Origin: Octopus vulgaris | Lineage: Eukaryota | Reading direction: 5' to 3' | Length of the DNA: 64,000 nt | NCBI GenBank assembly: GCA_951406725.2 | Contig: OX597829.1 | Span: 47,306,001-47,370,000 of the forward strand | Shown here: in pieces, positions 39,185 through 51,785 of the stretch | How positions within the stretch are numbered: the first letter of the stretch is position 1 | Layout: each line of letters begins with the position of its first letter | The notes under the pieces: model-generated | The model's input: the letters and a program-made list of their open reading frames with translations, nothing else | The model's database searches: none | Told to the model about the DNA's origin: nothing | Position numbers and translations under genes: made by a program

Positions 39185-40615
39185 ATAAACTTAGATAAAC
39201 TTAGATATGTTTCGACCAAAGATTGGTCCAGGCCATGTCTAACTTAATAGCACCACCTGATAGGATTATCTAAATCCTGTTTAAGTCAAGTTTTGTTTAT
39301 GGTCCATTCAAGTAGTGAGTTTTTGTTGAGTGAGTTGTATCCAATTATGGGTGGCTTATCTGGTATTCCTTGAAGGAATCTATCCAGACTCCGTTTAAAG
39401 TTGATGAGATCCTTTTCCTCTTTGATCTCTTTCGGGACAATGTTAAATAGGGCTGGGTCTGTTGAGGAAAAGAAATTATGTTGCAGTGAACATGTATGCT
39501 GTGATCTTGAATTGGGCAGGGGACGTATGGCCCGTGGTCCCAGTCTTGGATGAACCTTGAAGCTAATGTTCAGATCGTTTGGGCAAAGTTGGCGGTATAT
39601 TCTCCACATCGTACAAATGATGTACCACTCACGGCGACGCTGGGGAGAGTAGAGTTTCAAGGCTTTAAGGCGGTCCCAGTAATCGAGAGCAGCCATGCAT
39701 TCAATTCGTTTAGTGAGTGTCGTCTGGGGTGATTCAATCCACGAGATGTTTTGTCTTGTATGGGGAGACCACAGTGGGCAGCAGTATTCGAGGTGTGGCC
39801 GTACAAAGGAGGAGAAAAGTGGTATGATGACACCTTGTTCTCTGGACCGGAAAGTTCTTAAGATCCAGGAACTCATCCTACGAGCTATATCGATGTGTGC
39901 ACTCCAACAGTTGATGTGTGCACTCCAACTGAGATCGTCATCAACAATTACACCCAGGTCTCTGATATTGTTAGAGGCTGTGAGCGGTTCCCCTGAAGGA
40001 AGAGAGTATGGCTGTTTTAGTGAGGAATTTCTTCCAAAATTCATCAGCTCAAATTTTCCCTCGTTCAGTTGCATTTTGTTTCTGTCTGCCCATTGACTCA
40101 CAGCATATAGATCTGACTGGAGTTGAGTTCGGTCTGCTTCTTCATTGATGATTTGCTGGAGCTTAGTGTCATCAGCAAATATTTTCACTTTGCAGTAATG
40201 TACGACACTGGAAAGGTCGTTTATGTAAATTATAAAGAGTAGCGGGCCCAAGACAGTCCTCTGGGGGACACCGCTGGTGATTTTTGCTGGGCTTGAGTGG
40301 ACTCCATCAACTACAACATGTTGTGTTCTATTCGCCAGGAAATACTTAATCCAGTGTAGAAGTTTTCCACGGTTTCCAACATTTGCCAATTTTGCGAGTA
40401 GGATATTATGGTCAACCCTGTCGAACGCTTCGCTGAAGTCAAGATATATGACACCAGAGTTCGAATCTGTTCCCAAGGCTTTGAGTATATCTTCAATGTG
40501 GTGTAAGATCTGTGTTAGACAGTCCTTGCCACAGCGAAAACCATGCTGATTTGTATTTAGGAGTTTGTGGGTCTCCAGGAAGTCAGGTATCCTTGATCTT
40601 AACACTTTTTCAAAC
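39185..40615 (-). mobile_element. CR1/L2-type LINE, 5'-truncated, with an open ~440-aa RT/C-terminal frame
   Basis: ORF 39286-40615 has QHGFR, YLDFSEAFDRV, SGVPQRTVLGPLLF, FADDTKL and RPHLEYCCPLWSP. Tail repeats TTTATCTAAG. Confidence 0.93.
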
Positions 40616-40686
40616 ACTATATATATATATACAGACATATATATATATATATATATATATACAGACACTTACACACACACACACAC

Positions 40687-40719
<33 letters not shown>

Positions 40720-40826
40720 CACACAAGTATATATCTAGAAAGAGAGGGGGCGAGAGAGACAACACAAATATGGGTACCGACTGTTAAAACCCACAAAAAA
40801 TATTTTTCATTCTTTCTAATATTTCT

Positions 40827-40865
40827 AATATTTGATAAAATGGATACATCGAAACCGATTATATT
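40827..40865 (+). ncRNA. Putative minimal hammerhead, U3-A8 core, partly decayed
   Basis: AATAT-TTGATAA-AATG-GATA-CATC-GAAA-CCGA-TT-ATATT. Confidence 0.4.
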
Positions 40866-40977
40866 TTATTAAACATTCTCTAAAATATACTGCCGTGACT
40901 TTTCCAAATTTATTAACTTTTTTTAAATAAATTTTTTGATTTATATGGACTCCTAACCATTTTTCATCTCCCTCTCT

Positions 40978-41061
<84 letters not shown>

Positions 41062-41129
41062 TTAGAGACAAAACCACTATTTTGCAAATAAAATTTATTC
41101 CCTAATATTTATTATTATATATATATAAT

Positions 41130-41205
<76 letters not shown>

Positions 41206-41290
41206 GTTTAAATATTTGTTGTCCAAGATTTTTTATGTGAAGTCGTGTTTTTATTGGCTAAACTGGCAAGTCCGAAATATAACAATATAT

Positions 41291-41357
<67 letters not shown>

Positions 41358-41362
<5 letters not shown>

Positions 41363-41459
41363 CGGGAAGCTTTATGAAAATAGACAAAAGACGAAGGCAG
41401 GTGGAAAACAAACAAACAATTGTATTAGTATGGCGCTCAGGAAATATAAATAAAACAAA
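41358..41459 (-). mobile_element. Family H1 3' fragment in (AT)n
   Basis: Reverse complement of ~772-870. Confidence 0.8.
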
Positions 41460-41509
41460 CATATATATATTATTACATATATATATATATATTATGTGTG
41501 TGTATATAC

Positions 41510-41541
<32 letters not shown>

Positions 41542-41606
41542 ATGTATATACATATATATATATACATACACATATATATTTATATGTATATATATATACA
41601 TACAAG

Positions 41607-41658
<52 letters not shown>

Positions 41659-42179
41659 CGTACCGTACCTGCTTACCTACTTTCCTTCTACATATACATT
41701 CATATACACCTGTACATGCATATACACACAGACATGCGTGCACACACACACACGCACGCGCACGCGCACGCACACGCAATACACACACACACACAGAAAG
41801 ACGGCTGGGAACGAACATAGGTCTGCTTGCATAATCAGAGCCAACCCGTCGCTAAACAACATGTCCGAATAACACATTACCTTTAAACAACTTAATACCT
41901 GACTACCAACTACCACAGCTGATATCACTCTCACTACAACTACTAGTACTATTACTACTACTACTCACTCACTACTCCCTACTGTTCAGACTACGACTAC
42001 TACGCTTACTACCACCACTACAACCACCACCACCACCACTGCCATCACAACAGCCGCTACCACCGTGACCGAAATCATTCACATGAACACCTACGTTCAA
42101 ACGCTACCACTGCGTATTTGAATTTCCTTCTCTGCGCGACGATGACACGCAAATTCGTGAAGCGTTCCATATTTTCTCA

Positions 42180-42345
42180 GGCGCAGACGTGGCTGTGTGG
42201 CAAGAAGCTCCCTTCCCAACCACATGGTTCCGGGTTCAGTCCCACTGCGTGGCACCTTTGTTAGGTGTCTTCTACTATAGCCTCGGGCCGATCAAAGCCT
42301 TGTGAGTGAATTAGGTAGACGGAAACTGAAAGTAACCCGTCGTAT
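42180..42345 (+). mobile_element. SINE family A 5' half
   Basis: Head and central domain only. Confidence 0.85.
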
Positions 42346-42709
42346 ACATACACATTCACACACACATACATATATGTGTGTGTGTGTACCCCCACCCTTC
42401 CTTTCCCCATTCTCGCCTCCCCCACATCCCAACACCACCACACCACACACCACAACACCACACCACACGCCACCATACTACACACCACATCACATCACAC
42501 CATCACGCACACACTAACGCTGACCACTTCCCAGCACCCACACCATCATCCACACACCTACACATGCACACACGTACACGTCAAGGTTACCAGCCCTCTT
42601 CCACACGCAAGGACACGCTCTCTTATGCGCACGCACGCACACTTTTGTTTGGGGATCACCACTACTTTATTATCTCCCCTTCTCCCTAGCCCTCCTATGT
42701 GACCCCTCT

Positions 42710-43065
<356 letters not shown>

Positions 43066-43096
43066 TATATACATACATACACATATACATATTTAT

Positions 43097-43445
43097 GCCT
43101 TGAGCAAGTGTCTTCCACTGTAGACTCGAGCTGACCAAAGCCTTGAGAGTGCTTTTGGTTGACAGAAACTGAAAGAAGCCCGTTGTATATGTATGTATGT
43201 GTGTGCGTGTGTGTGTGTGTGTGCGTGCGTTTGTGTGTATGTATGTTTGTGTATATATGTGTGTTTCTCCCACCCACCGCTCGACAACCAGTATTGGTAT
43301 GCTTGTGTCCTCGTATCTAGCTGTTCGACAAAAGATATCGATAGAATGAATAAGTACCAGGCTTGAGTACTGGGCTTGATTTATTCGAGTAAAAATTCAT
43401 CAAGGCGGTGCCCCAGTATGACCACAGTCGTAAAAATGTAAGAAA
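43097..43445 (+). mobile_element. SINE family A, truncated and diverged
   Basis: Collinear from CCTTGAGCAAGTGTC to the AAGGCGGTGCCCCAG tail. Confidence 0.8.
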
Positions 43446-43642
43446 GGTAAAAACCTGGCTTTAAGTTCTTCGTCTTTGTATTTCTTCCCTGTACACACGC
43501 GTTCAAACATACACATAAACACAGGCACGTTTCGTACAGCGGGTGCTAAACGAAGCAGTACCTTTTTTCCAGCAACTAGCAAACCCTTTATAATTATGTG
43601 ACGACTCTTATATTCCACCAAACCATTATTAATAAATTTTTC

Positions 43643-44015
43643 AAGGCGGTGAGCTGGCAGAATCGCTAGCACGCTGGAAGAAATGCTTAGAAGTATATAT
43701 TTCTTTATTGCCCACAAGGGGCTAAACATAGAGAGGACTAACAAAGACAGACAAAGGGATTAAGTCGATTACATCGACCCCAGTGCGAAACTGGTACTTT
43801 ATTTATCGACCCCAAAAGGATGAAAGGCAAGGTCGACCTAGGCGGAATTTGAACTCAGAACGTAGTGGCAGACGAAATACCGCTAAGCATTTTGCCCGGC
43901 GCGCTAACGTGTCTGCCAGCTCGCCGCCTATCGCCCGTCGCTACGTTCTGAAATAAAATTCCGCCGAGGTCGACTTTGCGTTTCATTCTTTTGAGTCCGA
44001 TAAATTAAGTACCAG
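43643..44015. mobile_element. SINE family B (+) interrupted by a full family B copy (-, 43698-43929)
   Basis: The + head ends ...CTTAGAAGTAT, the minus copy follows, and the + body resumes TCGCCCGTCGCTACGTTCTG. Confidence 0.8.
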
Positions 44016-45005
44016 GCATTACAAAGATGAAGAACTTAAAGCCAGGTTTTTACCTTTCTTACATTTTTACGGCTATGGTCATTCTGGGGCACCGCCTTAA
44101 AGACTTTTTCACTTCCCGAGCGTTAAACTAATACGTCTGTTTGTTGTCTACACCACCTGTCTTCGTCATTTATTGTTTTGTTGTGATTTCTCCCTATATA
44201 TATATACACACACACATACATATATATATATACCTTGGGCAAGTGTCTTCTACTGTAGCCTCGAGCTGACCAAAGTCTTGAGAGTGCATTTGGTAGACAG
44301 AAACTGAAAGAAGCCCAGTACTCAAGCCTGGTACTTATTCTATCGATAAATTAAGTACCAGTAATCGATTAGTCATCTCCCCCGAAAATTTCAGACCTAG
44401 TGTCTATAGTAGAAAGGATTATTAATAACTTTGTCGCTCTTAAGCTTTCATGGTATACATTTATTTATTCGTAACATATCATGAAAGCTAGGACACTCTA
44501 TCCATACCTGACAATGATACTACGAAGATGTGAATGTTTAAAACTAAATCTAAAACTATGTGTTAAACCGCCACTTCCTTAAGTTCTTCTCCGGAAACAG
44601 CAAATTGATGGTGGTTTAAAACAAGCGTAAACAAGCAAATCCCTAAGATTATTATTAATTACAAACAAGAAAGACCCTTAAAACTTAGAAGGTTGTTGGT
44701 AAGCCTAAAATTACAGAGGATAAGGGGATCTGCTTGGTGATGTACAACAACCTACTTGTCGCGACATCCAACCACGCCCACTCTAATACAGACGAGATTA
44801 CCCTTCGTCTCTCCCTAAGTTTCCCCAGCAATGCACCATCCACTCGCATACCAAACCTGCATTCAACAGAGACCTTGAGAACATTCCATTTTTGGTTCTT
44901 TTAACAACAAAATTCAAGCACTATTCATATCAGTAAAACACTGTCACAGCATAATCCCACTAAACTGCCTGGCACTCTGCTGGAGCCCTCACTTTTGCTC
45001 TAAAT

Positions 45006-45954
45006 CAGTATTTCTCAACAATTTTTTTGATACCTACAGATCCATTTTGATTTCTCTTTTACTTGGATGTACCCACCTGGCCATCCGATATTTAAAAAAA
45101 TCGTATTAATTTTTTTTTTATAATAAAATATTATTATTGTGTCTAGGGAGGGTCATTCTATTTTAGTGCCTTATGAATTTAACACACTCACCGGTCTGAT
45201 TTCCATTCATTTACTTCTTTATTTTTATTGAAATTCTCATTGCGCCTTGCAACCTTTTCAATATTTGTTGACTCTACCCGTTATTGGAACTGCGTTTTTT
45301 TTTTGTTTTTTTTTTAAATAAGGCACTAAAAGAGAATGACTCTCCCCAGACACAATAAAATATGCTTCAACACACGAATTTACATAAAGAATCTTGCAAA
45401 CCAAAGACAATCGAAATAAACATTATTAGGAATTGTATAAATAAAATTGTTAAAATATTTTATGTATTCTCTTTTACTTGTTTCAGTCATTTGACTGCGG
45501 CCATGCTGGAGCACCACCTTTAGTCGAGCACATCGATCCCGGGACTTATTCTTTGTAAGCCTAATACATTCTATCGGCCTATTTTGCCGAACCGCTAGGT
45601 GACGGGTACATAAACACACCAGCATCGGTTGTCAAGCAATACTAGGGGGACAAACACAGACACACAAACATAAATATATATACATATATACGACAGACTT
45701 TTTTCAGTTTCCGTCAACCAAATCCACTCACAAGGCTTTGGTCGGCCCGAGGCTATAGTAGAAGACACATGCCCAAGGTGCCACGCAGTGGGACTGAACC
45801 CGAAACCATGTGGCTGGTAAACAAACTACTTACCACACAGCCACTCCTGCGCATATATTGTAGAAATATAACAAGTTAATTGCAGATATATTTGAAAAAC
45901 GAAATCTTGTATGAACCCCACTAGGGCCATACGTACCCCGCTTGGGAACCGCTG
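45006..45954. mobile_element. hAT-type MITE with nested PLE-like fragment and SINE A
   Basis: CAGTATTTCTCAAC...TTGGGAACCGCTG termini. 8-bp flanks CTCTAAAT/TTCTAAAT. SINE A (-) at 45468-45853. Confidence 0.65.
45137..45420. mobile_element. Penelope-like family H3 fragment with inverted arms
   Basis: Homologous to 48943-49240. Arms at 45137-45174 and 45318-45357. Decayed hammerhead motif at 45227-45265 (-). Confidence 0.7.
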
Positions 45955-46049
45955 TTCTAAATGGTGGGACTCCCACCATTTGGAGCGATATCTTTAGCAC
46001 AGCTAGGAATGCTACTCAAAAAAGTAGTCCTTCTCTTTAAGTTTAGGAG

Positions 46050-48790
46050 GTATTTTATACCACTTCTATCAGTTGCTAACATTCTGCAAGGCTTAACTGA
46101 AACCCGCAACAGAATATTGCGCCTATAACTGGAATAACGCAGCTGCTACGCTCATTAAGATTTCAGATCGCATCTGAAAGTCACTGTCATTCCATCACTA
46201 ACGGATGCACTGCAACCTCTAGCCTATAAGTTTGCTGTTTTCTCCCTGTTCTTATATCGCTACTCTAACGGCTGAGAGGTACCAACTGGATTTCCCAAAT
46301 GCACCAATGCGGGCATGGGCAAACAACATCAGATCTTCCAGATTGTATCTGAATAGCGTGTTCTGTGAGTCAATAGACAGGGTTGGTGTAGGTTGTCCAC
46401 AATTCAAAGTCGTTAACTATACCGATTAGTAATTTGTGCTCTGTACGGTCGACCGAGATAGGCTGCATAGATAGAAAGCTGGTCACTGAAAGCTGAACGT
46501 TTCTTTGGCTGCGCACCAAGTTTACAAGCCCCAGATTAGAGAACTAATTAAGGGGGGAGTTGATGAAGGCAATCGTCAACAACCGGTGGTAGTTAGTCCT
46601 ATTAGGTTAGAATCGAAAAAATCTACTAGGCTAGAAGTGATAAGGTTTAATAAGGAAATGTGGTAAAGAATTCAGGAGTAGAGATTTAGCTAGTTAATAA
46701 TCTAGTAAGCGCTTAGAAATGGATTGTAAGTGACATCCTGGCGGCGAAATTGGCCTTTGACTGATTACACAATCTTAAGCATGAAGGTTACATTGTCGGA
46801 GCTTTGGCGGATGTTCTAAGACATGGGAAACCAAAAAGCCATTTGATGCGCCCGAAGACTGGGGTGTAACGCTGTAACAAACCCACAGTCTGGTCTTTGA
46901 CGAACCGGGAGGGGTGCATGCTATTCGATTCCAAGTTTTCCTGTGGCACTTATCTCAACCGTTTGGAGTGGAAGGTAGACCAGAAACGAAGGTTGACTTT
47001 ACCTCGATAGCCTGCCGCGGATGTGGAATAATATGATAAACCGATAACAGCTGGAAGTGATGACGGACCAAAGATGGAGGAGTCGCCAGGGTACGATGGT
47101 CGGTCCGATAAACTTTATCGTTATACACCAGGTTTATTAGGGGACTCCTTGGAAGTTGTTTACTGCAGCAAGACGGAAGGATTTTCTTGTCTAGCGAAGC
47201 GTGGTACATTGGTACTTCTGAGAAAGGACCCGGAACATGAGGTATCATTCTAACTTCAGACTCATAACTCAAATATAGAGTTGAAAATTTTAGCCCAGGT
47301 GTTAGCAAAAAGGTTAGCGCTAGTCGATACTCTGGTAGATGAGGCACAGACATGCGCCATATCAAGCAGATATGTTTACGATAACCTCTACCTCACGCGA
47401 TACATCATAGACAGGGTAGATGAAGAACCTGGCATGGTTAGGCCTCTACTCAGTTTAGATCAGTCGAGAACATTTGATAGAGTTGACCATCAATACTTGG
47501 AAGTTGTCTTGAAGGCGGCTGGTTTCGGTCCCGTTTTCAGTAGCTGGATTGTTGCAATGTACAAAGAGATTTGCTCGGTGATCAGAGTAAATGGCACGGG
47601 TCAGAACCGTTTGGTAACATGAATTCTATCCGTCAAGGACGCTCCTCTCTCTCCAATTCTGTACGTACTGAAACTGCTTGGTGTTTGGCTTGGTACGGAC
47701 CTCCAAGTGGACAAGAACTGGAAAGAGGTGACGGGCAGAATGGCTAGTTTCACCTAGAAATGGGTTGGAAGGAAATTATCCCTGAAGAGCTGAGCGAATT
47801 TGGAAAATGATACTTTACATCTATCATCTACCACCGCCTGACCGACGTACGTTACCCCGATTTATGTCTGGCCAAAATAGGGCGTTTGCTCTTTCGCTTC
47901 CTATGGTGGGGGAGAAGTGTTCTGCTGGTCAGACGTTTAATTCTTTCCAACATCCGCTAAGTGGAGAACAGGACATGCCATAGTTAACGATGTGCAGGCA
48001 TGCACTGGGGATATGACATCTCCAGCGTTTTCTTGGCGGTGCACGGGTGTGGTCACCATTTATTAGCACGTCGCTTTGACTGAGCTGTAATCTTGGATCG
48101 CGTCGACTGAGGAGGGCACTTGGTACCAAGTGCATACAGCTTTCTGCTAATCGGGCAATGGGATCGGTGGATGTTCCACCATGCCATCTACAGTGGATTC
48201 ATGGGGGTAAGAATGGCGACATTTTCGAGGAATTTCCAGGTATCAATGAAAATTAACTGGCTGTTTTTTTTTCTGGAGGACTTTCGGGCTGGAGCCAATG
48301 AGTAACTTCCAGAAATCCGTGGCCTAGTAGTGCGACCGAGGTGATGCGAGCATTGCTGATTCGAGAAAAACCAGGCATGATAGTGCCGTCGGCCGCACCT
48401 AACCGAGATGCGGGCAACCCAACGAGACCGTCTTGCCGCACTCGTACAGTGCTCGAGCATTGCTGACTTGTAGTTATGTCGCGTATTGAAGGGATCTGGT
48501 TATCGTGAAGAATGCCTCGCCGCCTTCTTTTGGCCAGGAAAGACAAGCAGTTTTCCTTTGCCTGGTGGCTATGGCGAAAGAAGTTCAGTGGTGGGCGCAA
48601 CTGAAAACGTTAAGGACAGACATTTACCTCTTCGGCCATGCTAACAGCAAATTTTCAAGTTCCATTTGGAGGCGGAAGTGAGTGTTTGAGAGGGAGGTGT
48701 GGGTCTCCTAATAAATTTGTTGAAAGATGGGTGAATGTAACGAGAAAAGCCCGAGTAGGTAGGCTTACTCTAAGCATATTTCTATAGGTT
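46050..48790 (+). mobile_element. Decayed Tx1/L1-clade LINE ORF2
   Basis: KILAQVLAKRL..LVDEAQTCAI.SR..YDNL...LLSLDQSRTFDRVDHQYL..VLKAAGFGP, then WVGRKLSLK and a C-terminal segment homologous to 9860-10970. The 5' boundary is approximate. Confidence 0.8.
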
Positions 48791-48942
48791 AAAATTTACA
48801 GAGGAGAGAGGAGAACCTACCAGGGTGCACTTGGTGTGCAAGGAGACTTGAGATCTGTGGACTTCCTTAGTCGTCTATGGGTGACACTTCCTGCTGTTGG
48901 GGAATTTTATTGTTATAGCTTTATTCATAATAGTTATTGTTT

Positions 48943-49240
48943 TGTTGTGTCTGGGGAGAGTCATTTTCTTTTTGTGCCTTATAATGTAACACACTCACCG
49001 GTAAAATTTCCACGTATTTCTTATTTTTATTTTCCCAAAATTAAGTCTATTGAAAAGGTTGCAAGACGCAACGAAAATTTTAGGAAAATGAAAATAAGAA
49101 ATAAGTGGAAATTTTACCGGTGTGTGTGTTAAATTATAAGGCACAAAAAGAAAACGACTTTCCCCAGACACAACAGAATATGCTTCAACACACGAACTCA
49201 TATAAAGAATCTTGCAAACCGAATCCAAAAACGAAATAGT
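48943..49240 (+). mobile_element. Penelope-like family H3: direct copy preceded by a ~100-bp inverted partial copy
   Basis: 48943-49042 is the reverse complement of 49076-49174. Confidence 0.8.
49046..49084 (+). ncRNA. Putative minimal type I hammerhead with covariant U3-A8 core
   Basis: TCTA-TTGAAAA-G-GTTGC-AAGAC-GCAAC-GAAA-AT-TT-TAGG. Confidence 0.6.
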
Positions 49241-49518
49241 TATTGTTTTATTATATGATTTAATGTGTTTTATATACCCGTTCTCCTTTGATTTGTATCG
49301 TCTTTTATTTCATGTGCGGCACATGTGACAAATAAGGTATTGTAATTGTTGTTATTACACTTACCTAGCACAGGGATTAACCATTGTCATCAGAGCGGTT
49401 CTCCCAAAGTGAGGCCCATCCATTGCATTCCAACTGGGTTGACTTTTGTTATGGCCTCAAATGTGGGCGACTCGGGTGCGCTATTTCTAAATATTTTTGC
49501 TGATATTATTATATTATT

Positions 49519-49551
<33 letters not shown>

Positions 49552-49556
49552 ATTAC

Positions 49557-50040
49557 TCAAAGTGACACTTGAGTAAAACATACGAAGCCCAGCATACCCA
49601 CAATGTCTAGCCGTCTGATAAGGGTACACCAGGCACATGCATCACAACCATAAGTGCGAGACATGGTGATCTCATATCAAGATAAACAGCACATGACCTT
49701 GCAGGTGGGGCCCAGTTAGAATTTTCTTCAGGTCGAGTAGCCCATCCCGCTCAAAAGGTCCCTGAATAAGGGTTGTTTAAGGGTGATGAACGAAACACAT
49801 GGCTGTTAAGTTTCCCCCACTGCTACTGCTCGTGATCAGAGATGCACATATCGTCAGCCACTAAGGGACATGCTCAATTGGTTAAGGTCAAACAACTGAC
49901 AAGCAAATCTGTGGTATTGAGCAGAATATTTGCTGTAGCCCATCTTTTATACCAAGACAAAACAATGTACATGATAACACTTCCAATCAGTTAAGATCAG
50001 AAGCCATGAGAACCAGTGCTTGGTACTGCATCAGGGCATT
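49557..50040. mobile_element. ~500-bp non-coding dispersed repeat in (ATT/GTT)n, copy 1
   Basis: Highly similar to 51786-52328, with an internal deletion. Confidence 0.8.
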
Positions 50041-50064
50041 TATTGTTATCATCATCATCATCTT

Positions 50065-51710
50065 CTAATTTTGTTTCCATTTCTTGCCGAGTGTCTTCCT
50101 AACACCTAGGGCAGAGAAACTCACTGCATACACTAAATTGTTCATTTACTAAGTCAGGTCAAAAAGAAAAAAGGGAAAGACAGAAAGAAAAAAAAAATAG
50201 TAAAGAAAGAAAATAAAGAGGGAAAAAAAGGAAAGAAAATTCACAACGACAATAATCTTCTCAGTACGTGTGATGTACGAGCAACGACAATCTTTTGCAC
50301 TTCCTGTATGGATGGGAAACCAGGATCATTCTTAAATAATTTTCACTTTCTTTTTTGGTCCTTCAAAGTGCTCCTACAATCATTGGTATTGTAACCGTCT
50401 TGAGTTGCCACATCTTTTCGATTTCGATTAGCAAATCTTTATTTTTTCTGAGCTTATTAAATTATTATTATTATCATTATCATAACTATTATTTTTTTTT
50501 TCTTTATCACAGATTTTGTTGAAACTCCTGGAGTCTTGCATGCGTAGCGGGCTTACTACCTGCAGCCTACAGTACCATGCTATCCGTTCTTTTCAGCTAT
50601 CTAATACTTTCCTGATTATTCTGGCAATGCCAAGGAGGCAAACCTTTTGTAACAGTTCTACTGGGCACTCTATTCCAAATTCCTTTATATTCCTTTTGAT
50701 GTCTTCTGATACTGTTTTCAAGGAGCCAACAATAAGTGATACTATCTTCACCGTCTTCATTTTCCATAGTCGGGCTATTTCGTACTTAAAAGGGTTGTAT
50801 CTTTCTTTTCCCCTTCCTTCTTGACTATTCGTGAGTCAAAGGGGCATGCAACATCAACTCTATAGCATAGGTTGAGAACCTTGTTCAGCACCACTAGGTC
50901 TGGTCTATTATGCTCTAGTACCTGATCTGTTTAGATTGGGAAAAATCCCAAAGGATTTTGCTAGACTCCGACTCTCTCTGCGGTCTGTTCTCATACCACG
51001 TCTTGCCTCTCTCTAGCCCCTACTTTTCGCACAGTTCCCAATGTATCACTTTCTCTAACAGGTCGTGTTGCCACAACTTGTAATGGCTTGGGGCACGTCA
51101 AGGGCATTCGTTCGTGATATGGGCAATGGTTCCATCCACTCCATTGGAGATGCGGCAAGGCAGAGACACTTGCTCATTCGTAAGGTTGACCCCCTCCATC
51201 TCAGTTCGTGGCTAAAGCTTGGTCTTGCGCTGCCAGTATAGTGCCCTCGGTCTCATTTTTTAGTGTCCTTTCATCAGCCATTCCCACCTATTTTTTTCCA
51301 GCGACTTCGGTTGTGGCTACATGGAATTGATTGTGTAGTCTCTTCTTAGGTAATTCTTTTTCATGTCCCTTTTGTACTTCTTCCTTTGTTTTTCTTTTTT
51401 TCTCTGCTCTCAATACTCCCTCGTTCCTAACTGTCACTAGCAAGGTTTCCTTACTTTGGGCTAGGTATCTCATTAAGCTCTTGAGTTCGATACGTACGCA
51501 GTATTCCACACTTATCAGTCCTCTTCCTCCGTTTGCTTTCTTCGTGTATAGGCGATCAGTGTCCCCACGTTGCTGATAGGTTCCATGCATCGTTAAGGAA
51601 CTTTCTTGACTTCCTGTCCATCATTTTACCTCCTTTTCTGTCGACTTCGGAATTCCAGCGCCATACCGAACTACTGCGACTGCACATGAGTTTATAGCCG
51701 AATTATTATT
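50065..51710 (-). mobile_element. Two stacked R4/Dong-type LINE 3' fragments
   Basis: 50065-50460 ends HVLRRLLSL*. 50510-51710 has DTDRLY.KKANGGRGLISVE, HNRPDLVVLNK, VDVACPFDSRI and LLQKVCLLGIARIIRKVLDS*. Confidence 0.85.
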
Positions 51711-51719
51711 ATTGTTATA

Positions 51720-51785
<66 letters not shown>

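Noticed and set aside
39200-39250. CR1 tail (stem-GAAA-CA-TA-stem) as a hammerhead
   Set aside because: It lacks CUGANGA and is better explained as the LINE 3' recognition stem-loop.
41252-41290. TATTGG-CTAAACT-GG..CC-GAAA-TA-TA-ACAATA hammerhead-shaped motif
   Set aside because: The core is too divergent in AT-rich sequence to support from one copy.
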